Below are positions 13,087 through 22,892 of a stretch of 64,000 nucleotides of DNA, one piece after another (position 1 is the stretch's first letter; every line of letters starts with the position of its first letter). Source of the stretch: Alphaproteobacteria bacterium (GTDB taxonomy: Bacteria > Pseudomonadota > Alphaproteobacteria > GCA-2731375); NCBI GenBank assembly GCA_965232515.1, contig CBDDPY010000002.1, positions 6,432,001 through 6,496,000 of the forward strand. The letters are read 5' to 3'. The notes below the pieces were generated by a model, which saw nothing but the letters and a program-made list of their open reading frames with translations, was not told the DNA's origin and did not search any database. Both the position numbers and the translations under genes were made by a program.

Positions 13087-13944
13087 CTACGCCGCCGCGA
13101 TCCGCGCAACCGCTTCATTCGTTGTCCACAAGGCATTGGCGATGTAGCGGAAGTTGATCAATGCCGCCAGATAGCCGTCGCCCTCGGGCAGCTTTGCCGC
13201 GGCCGTCGCATCGCGCACCACCGCCACCTCGTAGCCCTGCTCAAGCAGCTCGTGCAGATGCGCCTGCACGCACAGATTGGCCGACATGCCCGCCAGGATA
13301 ATCCGGTCGATGCCGGCCTTGCGCAGCTGCAGGCTCAGATCGTTGGCCTCTGGGCCATAGACCTTGTGCGGCGAGGCGATGATGGTCTTGCCATCCTCGA
13401 TCATCGCCTTGTATTCCGGCATGAAGTCTGCGCCCGAGCCGGTGAAGCCGTCGGTGGTCAGCGGTCCCTGGCGGTCGAACATGCCGATGGCGTGCATGAG
13501 CTTTTCCAGCGGTCCGCCGAACTTCCAGCCATGGTCCGTTGGATAGTAGTAGTGCGGCGAAATCGCGACCGTCATGCCAGCGGACTTTGCCGCCTTCAAC
13601 AGTCTCCCGATATTGGCGACCGTGCCGTGTTCCTCGACGCTGGCGCCCACGACCTTCCAGGTCACGCCTTTGGGGCTCAGAAAATCGATCTGCGGATCGG
13701 TGATGACGAGTGCGGTATTGGCCAGCTCGACCTTCATATCGGTCTGCGGCAACGCACCCTTGGCCGGGTCTTGATAAGCGCCGGACTGGGCCTGCGCCGG
13801 CGCCGAGCCGGCTGCCGCCATGACGGTCGCCGCGCCGGCCGCCGCCGCCGTCGTCGTGGCCGCGCGCAGCAGGCGCCGCCGGCTCAGCCCGTCATGCGTA
13901 TGGCCGCAAGCCTGGCCGTGATCGTGTCTGCACTGGTCTGTCAT
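13087..13944 (-). CDS. Isochorismatase-family cysteine hydrolase with Tat signal peptide
   Basis: LSRRRLL Tat motif and Ala-rich h-region; DPQIDF and GMSANLCV motifs. Start placed at ATG 13944 after a GGAG RBS. Confidence 0.85.
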   Translation of the reverse strand: MTDQCRHDHGQACGHTHDGLSRRRLLRAATTTAAAAGAATVMAAAGSAPAQAQSGAYQDPAKGALPQTDMKVELANTALVITDPQIDFLSPKGVTWKVVGASVEEHGTVANIGRLLKAAKSAGMTVAISPHYYYPTDHGWKFGGPLEKLMHAIGMFDRQGPLTTDGFTGSGADFMPEYKAMIEDGKTIIASPHKVYGPEANDLSLQLRKAGIDRIILAGMSANLCVQAHLHELLEQGYEVAVVRDATAAAKLPEGDGYLAALINFRYIANALWTTNEAVARIAAA

Positions 13945-14096
13945 GTTCGTTCTCCCCAGGGCATGGATTGCCGAGACGAGAAGTGAACGCCAGTTGGCGT
14001 GCTTTTTGGCCGCAAAGCCGTGCCCAATCGTCCGGCCGCAATCGCGATCATGCAGAAGTGAGCGGTCGATCCGCGCCGACGGTCTAAACTGGCGCC

Positions 14097-15038
14097 ATGT
14101 CGATGATCGACCGGGTCTTGGAAGGGCTTTCGGTTCGGGTGGAGCCATTCGCGCTCTGCGAGGTGCGCGGGACGGGACGGTTATGGATCGGCGCGCGCGA
14201 GCGGGTCACGATCCATTATGCGCTCGCCGGCGCCGGCCGACTCGATCTCGGCGGCGGACGGTCACGGCCGATGCGGTCCGGTTGCGTCGTCATTGTGCCG
14301 GCCGGCCTGCGCCACGGCCTGCAAAGCGATGCGCCGACCGGCGACGCCCGATCGCTGCCCAGCTGTCATGCGTTGACCCCGGCATGGGAAAGCCACAAGG
14401 CCGGCACCGGCGACACGGGCCTTCTGGTTGCCTGCGCCGAGTTCTCGGCGCTCTACCACCAGGCCGAGGACCTGTTCGCCCATCGGACCGAGCCGCTCCT
14501 TCTGCAGCCGCGCCCGCGCGATCCGGTCTGCCGGATCATGGAGCAGATGATCGACGAGCTGGCCGATCCCGGGCCGGGCGCATCGGCGCTGGTGGAAGCC
14601 CTGATGCGGCAATGCCTTGTGCATGTCCTGCGGCGGCTGGATACGGGCGGGGACGACGGCGCGGACGGCTTGCCCTGGCTCAACGCCCTCGATGACGAAC
14701 GCCTGGGCCGAGCACTCGACGCCATCAATCGGACGCCGGAAGCCGCCCATTCGCTTGCCTCGCTGGCGGCGCTGGCCGGCATGAGCCGGTCGACCTTCGC
14801 CGCGCATTTCACCCGTACCTTCGGCCAGGGGCCGATCGCGATGCTGCACGACGTTCGTCTCGAAAAGGCCGCGTTGTTGCTGCGGACCGAGAATCGACCG
14901 GTCAAGGAGCTTGCCGCCCGCGTTGGCTACGACAGCCGCAGCTATTTTTCCCGCGCGTTCCGTCAGCGCTTCGGCCTCTCACCCGCGGCCTATCGCGATG
15001 CCGCCGCTGCCGGGGCGGCCCATACCGACCGGCCGTAG
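14097..15038 (+). CDS. AraC-family transcriptional regulator with N-terminal cupin domain
   Basis: HTH pair LAALAGMSRSTFAAHF and VGYDSRSYFSRAFRQRFG; divergent from the hydrolase. Confidence 0.92.
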   Translation: MSMIDRVLEGLSVRVEPFALCEVRGTGRLWIGARERVTIHYALAGAGRLDLGGGRSRPMRSGCVVIVPAGLRHGLQSDAPTGDARSLPSCHALTPAWESHKAGTGDTGLLVACAEFSALYHQAEDLFAHRTEPLLLQPRPRDPVCRIMEQMIDELADPGPGASALVEALMRQCLVHVLRRLDTGGDDGADGLPWLNALDDERLGRALDAINRTPEAAHSLASLAALAGMSRSTFAAHFTRTFGQGPIAMLHDVRLEKAALLLRTENRPVKELAARVGYDSRSYFSRAFRQRFGLSPAAYRDAAAAGAAHTDRP

Positions 15039-15122
15039 CGGTACTAGGGTGGTCGGACGCTTGATTGGCGATGCGATAAGGCATCGACAAGCCGGCCCGC
15101 TGTTGCTATACCGCGCCCCGTC

Positions 15123-15198
<76 letters not shown>

Positions 15199-15254
15199 AT
15201 CTTTTCAAAGGGTTAGGTGGACAGAGCCAAAACGTTAGGCTCGCCATAGGCGCC

Positions 15255-15298
15255 AAAAGGCGTACCTGGCGATGGCAAGCGTTGGGTCCGCTTTTTTT
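15255..15298 (+). terminator. Imperfect terminator-like hairpin downstream of the tRNA
   Basis: AAAAGGCG...CCGCTTTTTTT. Confidence 0.4.
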
Positions 15299-15360
15299 CG
15301 TTCGAGGGAAACTGTCCTGAACGCCGGCGCTCGGTGTGCAGTTGACGACCAATGCGGCCT

Positions 15361-15516
15361 ATTGATGCCTGGCACCGCCGCAGCGAAGTTTCCGGACGCT
15401 CGGCCAGCATTCCCGGTATCGGCGTTGTCACGGCCAGCTCGTTGGTGGCGAGCCTGGGTGGCGGCTCCGCCAATCGATCCGATCGCCAGCGATCGGACTG
15501 ACTGGGCCGACCGCCC
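15361..15516 (+). pseudogene. IS110-family transposase relic (C-terminal domain fragment)
   Basis: Hand translation IDAWHRRSEVSGRSASIPGIGVVTASSLVASLGGGSANRSDRQRSD*LGRPP matches the IS110 pattern (IPGIG..TA..LVA..G....F.S.RQ...WLGL.P), with the Trp mutated to TGA. Not in the ORF track. Confidence 0.75.
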
Positions 15517-15641
15517 GCTCACAAGCGAGTGCTGCCGTCCGGCCCCGGGTGCGCCTGGCGCGCAAGTCAGATCGTTTTACAACCTTAGAAACTGTGCAAT
15601 TGTCCGCCAGCGCACGTCTTGCTCGCCGTGAGGTATATGCC

Positions 15642-16664
15642 ATGACAGCACCGGACCCCGGCTACATCATGCAGGTCGCGAGCGGCTATGGCGTTTCCAA
15701 GGCGCTGATGTCCGCGGTGAGCCTGGGGCTTTACACGCGTCTCGCCGGCAGCCCGATGACGCTCGACGAGATCATGGAGGCGTACGGCTTCCTGCGGCGG
15801 CCGGCAATGGATTTCCTCGACCTTTTGGTATCCGTGGACCTCCTGGCGCGCGAGGGCGACGGCGAGGGCGCGCGCTACCTCAACACCCCAGCGACCGCGG
15901 CCTTCCTGGATCGCAACAAGCCCGGCTACATCGGTGGCGTCTTGGAACTCTGGGACCAGCGCAACTACCGCTTTTGGGCCGACATCACCGATGCCTTCAG
16001 GACCGGCAAAGCCCAGAACGAGACGAAGGAAGGCGGAACGCCGTTCTTCGAGACGCTCTACGCAGATCCCGCCCGCCTTGAAGCGTTCATGGACGCGATG
16101 ACCGGCGCGTCGAGCCGGAACTTCGAAAAGCTCGCCGAGGTCTTTCCCTTCGACCGGTATCGGACGCTGGCCGACATCGGCGGGGCGGACGCGCTTCTGT
16201 CGAGGATCGTGTCGGCCGCCCATCCGCATATCCGATGCACAAGCCTTGACCTGCCGGTCGTGACGCAGATCGCGGCCAGCAAGATTGCCGCCGCCTGGCT
16301 TGACGACCGTATCGATGCGGTCGCCGGCGACTTCTTTGCCGATCCTCTCCCGCAGGCGGATATCATCACCATGGGCATGATCCTACACGACTGGAACCTG
16401 GAGCGAAAAAGACTGCTGGTGAAGAAGGCCTATGACGCGCTGCCTGTCGGCGGCGCCTTCATTGCGATCGAAACCTTGATCGACGATGCCCGCCGCGACA
16501 ACACCTTCGGCTTGTTCATGTCGCTGACAATGCTGATGGAGTTCGGCGACGGCTTCGATTTCACAGGCTCGGAATTCATCTCCTGGTGCCGGGAGGCCGG
16601 CTTCAGCCGTTTTGAGATCATTCCGCTCGAAGCGCCGTCGAGCGCAGCGATTGCCTTTAAGTGA
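15642..16664 (+). CDS. SAM-dependent O-methyltransferase (Methyltransf_2 type with dimerisation domain)
   Basis: Motifs LADIGGADA, AGDFF and ILHDW. Confidence 0.88.
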   Translation: MTAPDPGYIMQVASGYGVSKALMSAVSLGLYTRLAGSPMTLDEIMEAYGFLRRPAMDFLDLLVSVDLLAREGDGEGARYLNTPATAAFLDRNKPGYIGGVLELWDQRNYRFWADITDAFRTGKAQNETKEGGTPFFETLYADPARLEAFMDAMTGASSRNFEKLAEVFPFDRYRTLADIGGADALLSRIVSAAHPHIRCTSLDLPVVTQIAASKIAAAWLDDRIDAVAGDFFADPLPQADIITMGMILHDWNLERKRLLVKKAYDALPVGGAFIAIETLIDDARRDNTFGLFMSLTMLMEFGDGFDFTGSEFISWCREAGFSRFEIIPLEAPSSAAIAFK

Positions 16665-16783
16665 CACCTTGTAGCAGATCCGTTCCTGTGCCACGGCGCC
16701 GGACCGCGCCGCTCGGGTCAATCACGATGGCGGAGATCAAGCGCGCGCAGCCGGTGGCCTGCCCGTAGCCCTGTCGTGGCCCC

Positions 16784-19700
16784 CTATGCGCTGCCTTCGA
16801 GCGCCTTGCCGCCGCGCCGCAGACGGCCCAGACGCTCGCTGAGCGTTTGGCAGGCGGCGTAGAGCACCGGAATCATCAGGAGGCCCAAGGTGCTGTCGAT
16901 GACCATACCCGCAAAGACCGGAAAGCCGATCGACATCCGGCCCGCCGCGCCCGCTCCGCTGGCCAGCAAAAGCGGCAACACGCCGAAGATGAAGCACAGA
17001 CCGGTCATCGTTACCGGGCGGAAGCGCTGATGCGCGGCGGCGATGGCGGCTTCCTGGATGCTGAGGCCGTCTTCGCGGGCGGCCTTGGCAAACTCGACCA
17101 CCATGATCGCCTTCTTGGCAGCCAGCCCGATCATCAGCACAATCCCGATCTGCGCATACATGTTGTTGCTCAAGAAGGGAATGATCTGCAGCGGCAGCAG
17201 GGCGCCGAAGATCGCGAACACCGTGGAGGCCATCACCGAAAGCGGCAGGAGCCAGCTCTCATACTGGGCGACCAGGAACAGGTACGCGAAGGTGATCGCC
17301 AGAATGAGAATCGGCACGATCAGCTTACCGGCCTCGACCTCTTCCGAGGTGACATCGCTCCACTCGATCACGTAGCCGTCCGGCAGGGTCGCCTCGGCGA
17401 TCTCCCGCATCTTCGCGATCGCCGCTCCGGAACTCACGCCACGCGCCAACTGAGCGCTGATCGATGCGGCGGTAAAGAGGTTGTAGCGGGAGATCTTGCG
17501 CGCACCGAGGTTCGGCGTCAGATCGACGAAGGTCCAAAGCGGGAGGGCCTCGCCGTCGGCATTCTTGACGAACAGGCCTTCGATGTCGTCGGCGGTCTGG
17601 CGGAACGGCGCGTCGGCTGACATGGTTACAGCGTATATCCGACCGTCCTTGATGAAGTTGTTGACGTAACGCGATCCGAAATTGGCCTGCAGGGCGGCAA
17701 GGATATCGCTGACAGCCACCCGCATCGCCTCGGCACGGTCGCGGTCGATGGTCAATTCGTACTGCGGTGCCGTCGCCGAGAAACCGCTGAAGGCTTGCGT
17801 GAATTCAGGGGCCTCCCGCAGGGCCGACAGGAACGCGGTCGTAACCCGATCGAGATCCGCCAAGCTGCCGCCGTCCAGATCCAGCAGCTTGGCCGAGAGA
17901 CCGCCGCTGTGGCCGAGGCCCGGTATGGCCGGCAGGGGAAAGACGAAGGACGAGGCCTCCGGCAGGGCCGCGAGGGACTTCGTGAGAGAGAACATGATGG
18001 CCCACCATCTGGTCTCCCGCGACGTGCGCTCGTCCCACGGGGCGAGGTTCAAGACAAGCATGCCGGCGTTCGAGGCGTTGCCGGAGATCATGCTGTGGCC
18101 GGACACGGCGGTTGCGGAAACGACGCCCGGGTGGCTCTCGACCCGCTCGCTGATTTCCTGCATCACCGTCTCGGTGCGCTGGAGCGAAGCCCCGTCCGGC
18201 AGGTTAACGTCGACAAAAAGAACGCCAGTGTCCTCCGGCGGGATGAAGCCGGTCGGCGTGGTCTGGAACAGGTAGATCGTGGCCCCGACGACGGCGATGA
18301 AGATCAGGATCGACGCTGCCATGAACCGCATCATCAGCCTGACCAGCGCGACGTAGGCGTCGCGAACGCGGTCGATGGCCGAGGGGATGAAGCGAAAGAC
18401 GCCCTTCGGCGCGCCGGCACGTCGGGACAGGATGCGCGAGCAGAGGGCCGGGCCCAGCGTCAGGGCATTGACGGCTGAGAGTGCGAAGGCAATGGTGATC
18501 GTGACGGCGAATTGGCGGTAGATCTCCCCGATCGCTCCGGGAAAGAAGCAGACCGGAACGAAGACGGCGGCAAGCACGAAGGTCGTGGCGACGATCGGCC
18601 GGGTCACCTGCGACATGGCTTTAAGCGTTGCCGCACGCGCGCCTAGACCGTGGTCCTTCATGATGCGCTCGGCGTTCTCGATGATCACGATGGCGTCGTC
18701 CACGACCAGCGTGATGGCCAGAACCAGCGCGAAGAGGGTGATCATGTTGGCGCTGAAGCCGACCAGACTGATCATGGCGAAGGTGCCCAGCAGGGAAACC
18801 GGGATCGCGATCGCGGGGACCAGCGTCGCCCGCCAGCTCAGTAGGAAGAACAACGTCACCGACACGACAAGGAGCGTGGTGATGCCAAGCGTGATCACGA
18901 TTTCCTTGATCGACATCCGCACCGCCGCCGTGACGTCGTAGGTCAACTCATAAGCGACATCGTCGGGAAACCGCGCGGCCAGCCGGCCCATCTCGCGATG
19001 GACAGCGTCGGCAACGTCGAACGCGTTGGCGCCGCTCTTCTGGTAGATGGCGATGACGGCCGCCGGCTCCCCTTTGTAGCGCGAGGTGGCGGCATAACTC
19101 TCGGCGCCGAGCTCGATACGCGCTATGTCCTTCAGACGCACGAAGGAAGCCTCGCCGTCCGCCAGGACGATGATGTCCTCGAATTCTTCGGCGGTCTTCA
19201 ACAGGCCGTCGGCTTGCAGGGTGAATTGGAACGAGGTCCGTTGATCGCCGAACGGCGGCGCGCCGACCTGCCCTGCCGCGGTCTCGACATTCTGGGACTG
19301 GACTGCCGCCGAAACGTCCGAGGCGTCAATATTCAGCGCCGCCATCTTTTTCGGGTCGAGCCAGATCCGCATGCTGTATTCAAGCGGGCCGAACTGATTG
19401 GCCGCCCCGACGCCTTTGATCCGCCCCAGCGGATCCTGCAGAAGGTCGCTCGCGTAGTTGCTGAGGAAGAGCTGGTCGTGGGTCCGGTTCGGCGACGTCA
19501 GTGTGATGAGTTGAAGGAAGCTGCCGCTGCGCGTCGATGTCGAGATCCCCTGCTGCACGACGTCGGCGGGCAGAGACGGGGTGACCAGCGCCACCCGGTT
19601 CTGGACGTGCACGGCGGCGATGTCGGGGTCCGTCCCGGGTTCGAAGCTGATCGAGAGCTTGTAGGTGCCGTCGTTCGACGAGGACGAGGACATGTGGATC

Positions 19701-19927
19701 ACGCCGTCGACGCCGTTGAGCTCCCGTTCGATCGGCGCGGCAACCGCGTCCCGGATCAGGGCGGCGCTGGCGCCCGGGTAGGTGGCGGATACCGAGACCC
19801 GAGGGGGCACGATGTCGGGAAACTGGGAGATCGGAATGAAACGGATGCCGATCGCGCCAAGGATCACGGTCACGATCGCCAGGACGAGGGCGAAATTCGG
19901 CCGGTCGATAAAGAACCTGGATATCAT
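16784..19927 (-). CDS. RND efflux permease (HAE1/AcrB-like)
   Basis: Starts MISRFFIDRP; motifs VVDDAIVIIEN and RFRPVTMT; 1047 aa. Confidence 0.95.
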   Translation of the reverse strand: MISRFFIDRPNFALVLAIVTVILGAIGIRFIPISQFPDIVPPRVSVSATYPGASAALIRDAVAAPIERELNGVDGVIHMSSSSSNDGTYKLSISFEPGTDPDIAAVHVQNRVALVTPSLPADVVQQGISTSTRSGSFLQLITLTSPNRTHDQLFLSNYASDLLQDPLGRIKGVGAANQFGPLEYSMRIWLDPKKMAALNIDASDVSAAVQSQNVETAAGQVGAPPFGDQRTSFQFTLQADGLLKTAEEFEDIIVLADGEASFVRLKDIARIELGAESYAATSRYKGEPAAVIAIYQKSGANAFDVADAVHREMGRLAARFPDDVAYELTYDVTAAVRMSIKEIVITLGITTLLVVSVTLFFLLSWRATLVPAIAIPVSLLGTFAMISLVGFSANMITLFALVLAITLVVDDAIVIIENAERIMKDHGLGARAATLKAMSQVTRPIVATTFVLAAVFVPVCFFPGAIGEIYRQFAVTITIAFALSAVNALTLGPALCSRILSRRAGAPKGVFRFIPSAIDRVRDAYVALVRLMMRFMAASILIFIAVVGATIYLFQTTPTGFIPPEDTGVLFVDVNLPDGASLQRTETVMQEISERVESHPGVVSATAVSGHSMISGNASNAGMLVLNLAPWDERTSRETRWWAIMFSLTKSLAALPEASSFVFPLPAIPGLGHSGGLSAKLLDLDGGSLADLDRVTTAFLSALREAPEFTQAFSGFSATAPQYELTIDRDRAEAMRVAVSDILAALQANFGSRYVNNFIKDGRIYAVTMSADAPFRQTADDIEGLFVKNADGEALPLWTFVDLTPNLGARKISRYNLFTAASISAQLARGVSSGAAIAKMREIAEATLPDGYVIEWSDVTSEEVEAGKLIVPILILAITFAYLFLVAQYESWLLPLSVMASTVFAIFGALLPLQIIPFLSNNMYAQIGIVLMIGLAAKKAIMVVEFAKAAREDGLSIQEAAIAAAHQRFRPVTMTGLCFIFGVLPLLLASGAGAAGRMSIGFPVFAGMVIDSTLGLLMIPVLYAACQTLSERLGRLRRGGKALEGSA

Positions 19928-19942
19928 GCGGGTCGTCCCGGC

Positions 19943-21049
19943 TCAGCCTTGGGCTTCGGTCGGCGTGACTTTCGAGCCCACGTGAACCTTCTGCAGCCCC
20001 TGGACGATGACGCTCGTGCCCGCCTGGAGTCCGTCTGTGATCACCCAATATCGTCCGAGCTGCCGACCGAGTTCGACGTCACGCCGTTCCACCGTGTCTT
20101 CAGTGCTCAGGACGAACACGAAATGGCCGGCCCGGTCGAGCTGCAAGGCGGCTTGCGGCACCGTGACGACGGGCCGGGCGTCGGGATTCACGAGGCGGAC
20201 CGTCACCGTCTGTCCCGGAACGAGCAGACCGTCGTTGTTGTCGATGGTCGCGCGCACCTCAATTGTGTCCGTCGAGGCGCGCACTGCCTGGCCGACATAG
20301 TCGACCCGCCCCACCGGACCATAATGCGCGCCCGTGGAGAGCTCCACATGGACGCCGAGTGTCGAGTCATTGGCGGCGATGAGGCCGGTCTGCCGCTTTG
20401 CGATCAGGTCGCGCTCACTGAGATAGAAACTCACATGGATCGGATCGACCGAGGTGACGGTGGCAAGGACTCCGCTCTCGGCGTTGACGAGATTGCCCAC
20501 ATCGACGCTCGACTTGCCCACCCTGCCGTCGATCGGACTGGTGATCCGGGTATAGCCGAGGTTGACTTTCGCTGTTGTCAGATCGGCCTTGGCTTCGCCG
20601 ACCGCTGCTTTGGTCGCCCCGAGTTCGGCGATCGCGGCGTCTACGGTGGCCTGGGCGACGTTGGCCCTGGCGCGAAGCTTGCGCTTGCGCGCGAGCGCCT
20701 TTTCGGCGTTCGTGACAGCGGCCTCGGCGCCCTTCAACGTCGCCTGGACCTTGTCGACTTTGGCCCGGTAGTGCGTGTTCTCGATCTCAAACAGAACATC
20801 GCCTTTCGAGACCGGTCCGCCTTCGGTGAAGCGGCGCATTTCGAGCGTGCCCTCGACGCGGGCCGTGATCGCAACGGTTCTGATAGCCTCGATCCGGCCG
20901 ACATAGGAATCAGCCGACGCGGCTACGCGCCGCGCCGCCTTTTCGACCACGACGGAGGGAAGCGGACTTGAAGCGGATTGGCCGTAAGCCGCGTCGGCAC
21001 AGAACAGCGCTGAAAGGCAAAGCGCCAGGGTTTGGAGGCCACGTATCAT
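19943..21049 (-). CDS. RND periplasmic adaptor (MFP, AcrA-like)
   Basis: Signal peptide; motifs ITARVEG, NLGYTRITSPIDG and GLQKV. Confidence 0.93.
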   Translation of the reverse strand: MIRGLQTLALCLSALFCADAAYGQSASSPLPSVVVEKAARRVAASADSYVGRIEAIRTVAITARVEGTLEMRRFTEGGPVSKGDVLFEIENTHYRAKVDKVQATLKGAEAAVTNAEKALARKRKLRARANVAQATVDAAIAELGATKAAVGEAKADLTTAKVNLGYTRITSPIDGRVGKSSVDVGNLVNAESGVLATVTSVDPIHVSFYLSERDLIAKRQTGLIAANDSTLGVHVELSTGAHYGPVGRVDYVGQAVRASTDTIEVRATIDNNDGLLVPGQTVTVRLVNPDARPVVTVPQAALQLDRAGHFVFVLSTEDTVERRDVELGRQLGRYWVITDGLQAGTSVIVQGLQKVHVGSKVTPTEAQG

Positions 21050-21202
21050 CGTTCTTTCCTTTGAACGGCGATTTCGCGCCGACCGGGCACAGGCTCGCCA
21101 TGCAGCCCCGTCGAGGGCGGACCCGCCGTCTCGTCAGGGCGTGCCGTCGACTTCGGGCGGCCGCACCATCGCCCGGGAGCCCGCGCTCTCACAAGGCCGG
21201 CG

Positions 21203-21223
21203 TTCGTCCAAGGTTCGTCCAAG
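21203..21223 (+). promoter_or_regulatory. T3SS-locus direct-repeat box, copy 1
   Basis: TTCGTCCAAG-G-TTCGTCCAAG; GTCC at 21206 and 21217. Confidence 0.65.
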
Positions 21224-21354
21224 TCGGCTGCTGGGCACGGCGGACGCCCATACCTAAGTCGGTGGCGTTCTGGCTTTGAACGTCCACACAGGCGCGCGTC
21301 GCGTGCCAGCATTGCGACGCGGCCAACACGGCCCATAGGTTAGGAAACGGAACC

Positions 21355-21783
21355 ATGACGGCATTCGATCGGTTCATTGCGGGCGCCAAACAGTCCGCCA
21401 GCAACATTGACATCGGGCGGCAGAACGCGTTGGCCCGGTCGGTGACGCCGCGGCCATAGCTCTAGGCCAGTATCCAAAGGATCGAATGCTGGTTTAGAAG
21501 CAAGAAATCTCGGGCAAGTTCGGCCGAGGGTACGGCTCCGCCAGGTTCCGTGCCCTCGGCCGTTGCATTAGTCGATGATGGGGGCAACGCCGGATCCCGG
21601 ATACAACGCGCGTCCGCTCCGGTCTTGATTGAACAGCGAGTGGAAATCATCCACGCGCATTCGCTCTCAATCCTCGGCGGAGCAGGCTTTCTCCGTGCTA
21701 TGGCCGCGGTGTCATCGGATGCCGTGGCTGCGGCAGGGACGACGCCATGTTCAACGGTATCGCCGAGGCGGACAACGGCCTAG
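21355..21783 (+). pseudogene. Probable decayed effector-like gene downstream of box 1
   Basis: AGGA RBS and ATG at 21355; reads MTAFDRFIAGAKQSASNIDIGRQNALARSVTPRP*L*ASIQRIECWFRSKK... The same frame stays open to 21783 after TAGs at 21457 and 21463. Confidence 0.35.
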
Positions 21784-22211
21784 CGAGAGACGTCGTGGGA
21801 CAGCCGGACGACATTCAGGTCGCCGCGCCGCTGGTAGGTTATTTCGTCAACAACGTTCCAGACAAGATCCAGGCCGAATCCGCCGGGCTCGGCGTAGCGG
21901 TCGGACGGCCGCGCGACGGGCTTCGTCGGATCGAACTCCAGCCCGGGATAGACAATCTGCGTAACGATCCGGCCCGGCTCGCAACCGACGTCCAAAACGA
22001 CAGCCGTTTCTGCTTCAACGGCGTGGCCATGTGCAATTGCGTTGGCGACAAGCTCCTCGGCCGCCAGCATCACATGCTTGCCCAGGGAGGCTTCGACATC
22101 GTTATCGGCGAGAAACCCTTCGATGACGTCAAGCATGGCGCCGATGACCGATAGATCGGGTGCAAACTCGATGGTCAATGCTGTGCCGTTTTTGAGTCTT
22201 TCGCTCTTCAT
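21780..22211 (-). CDS. RsbW/BtrW-like anti-sigma factor Ser kinase (HATPase_c_2)
   Basis: N-box EELVANAIAHG, FDP, G2 box GGFGL, C-terminal VDEITY...N. G1 box reads YPG instead of DxG. Confidence 0.85.
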   Translation of the reverse strand: MKSERLKNGTALTIEFAPDLSVIGAMLDVIEGFLADNDVEASLGKHVMLAAEELVANAIAHGHAVEAETAVVLDVGCEPGRIVTQIVYPGLEFDPTKPVARPSDRYAEPGGFGLDLVWNVVDEITYQRRGDLNVVRLSHDVSR

Positions 22212-22330
22212 GTCCAGCGATGCGCTACTCAAACCAGCTGCTCCATTCGCGCGCCGACGCTCGACAGCAGTCGTCGGCACTCATATGTCCTGCATAATGT
22301 ATTAAAGCATCGCCAGCGGGACGATAATCT

Positions 22331-22350
22331 CTGTCCGACATTCGTCCGAA
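22331..22350 (+). promoter_or_regulatory. T3SS-locus direct-repeat box, copy 2 (upstream of yscB-sctD operon)
   Basis: CTGTCCGACATTCGTCCGAA; GTCC at 22333 and 22344. Confidence 0.75.
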
Positions 22351-22439
22351 CGCTCCGAACGTCCACGCGTTACATCTCACGTCATCACATAGAACTTAAA
22401 CCCTCGCTCAACCGGGGGGCGCGATGAGAGTCGGAGTCG

Positions 22440-22889
22440 ATGGCGGGTGAGCTGGATAATCTTCTGGCGCAATGGGCGAAACGGCGCGATCTGGCGCCAC
22501 CCCACCGCAATGCGGACGGCAAGCATTTCCTGGTCTTCGACGGCGAGTTCGAAGTGGCCCTCTCGCAACAGGGCCCAACGATCCTCCTGGAAACGACACT
22601 GGCCACCCTGCCGAGCCGTCGCGACGAGGCGGAGGAGGTGCTCAAGCGATTGCTCCGACTACAACTGGCGAAGGCAAGGTCGGAGCGCGAGGTCCTAAGC
22701 CTGGCGCCCGATCGCGATCAATTGGTGCTGTTCCGGACGTTGCGCGCGGAACGACTGACTCTGTTCGAATTCGACGCCGCGCTCGGAGGGTTCGTGAACG
22801 CCTTGGCGTTCTGGACCGAAAAACTGGGTACCGGCGACCGACCGGCCCTTCGTTCCGGTCCCGCGGCGGAACAGATTCTGTATCCGTAA
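22440..22889 (+). CDS. Class I T3SS chaperone, YscB-like (CesT fold)
   Basis: 149 aa with CesT-like pattern (LSLAPDRDQLVLF...FDAALGGFVNALAFW); occupies the yscB position. Confidence 0.7.
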   Translation: MAGELDNLLAQWAKRRDLAPPHRNADGKHFLVFDGEFEVALSQQGPTILLETTLATLPSRRDEAEEVLKRLLRLQLAKARSEREVLSLAPDRDQLVLFRTLRAERLTLFEFDAALGGFVNALAFWTEKLGTGDRPALRSGPAAEQILYP

Positions 22890-22892
22890 GCA

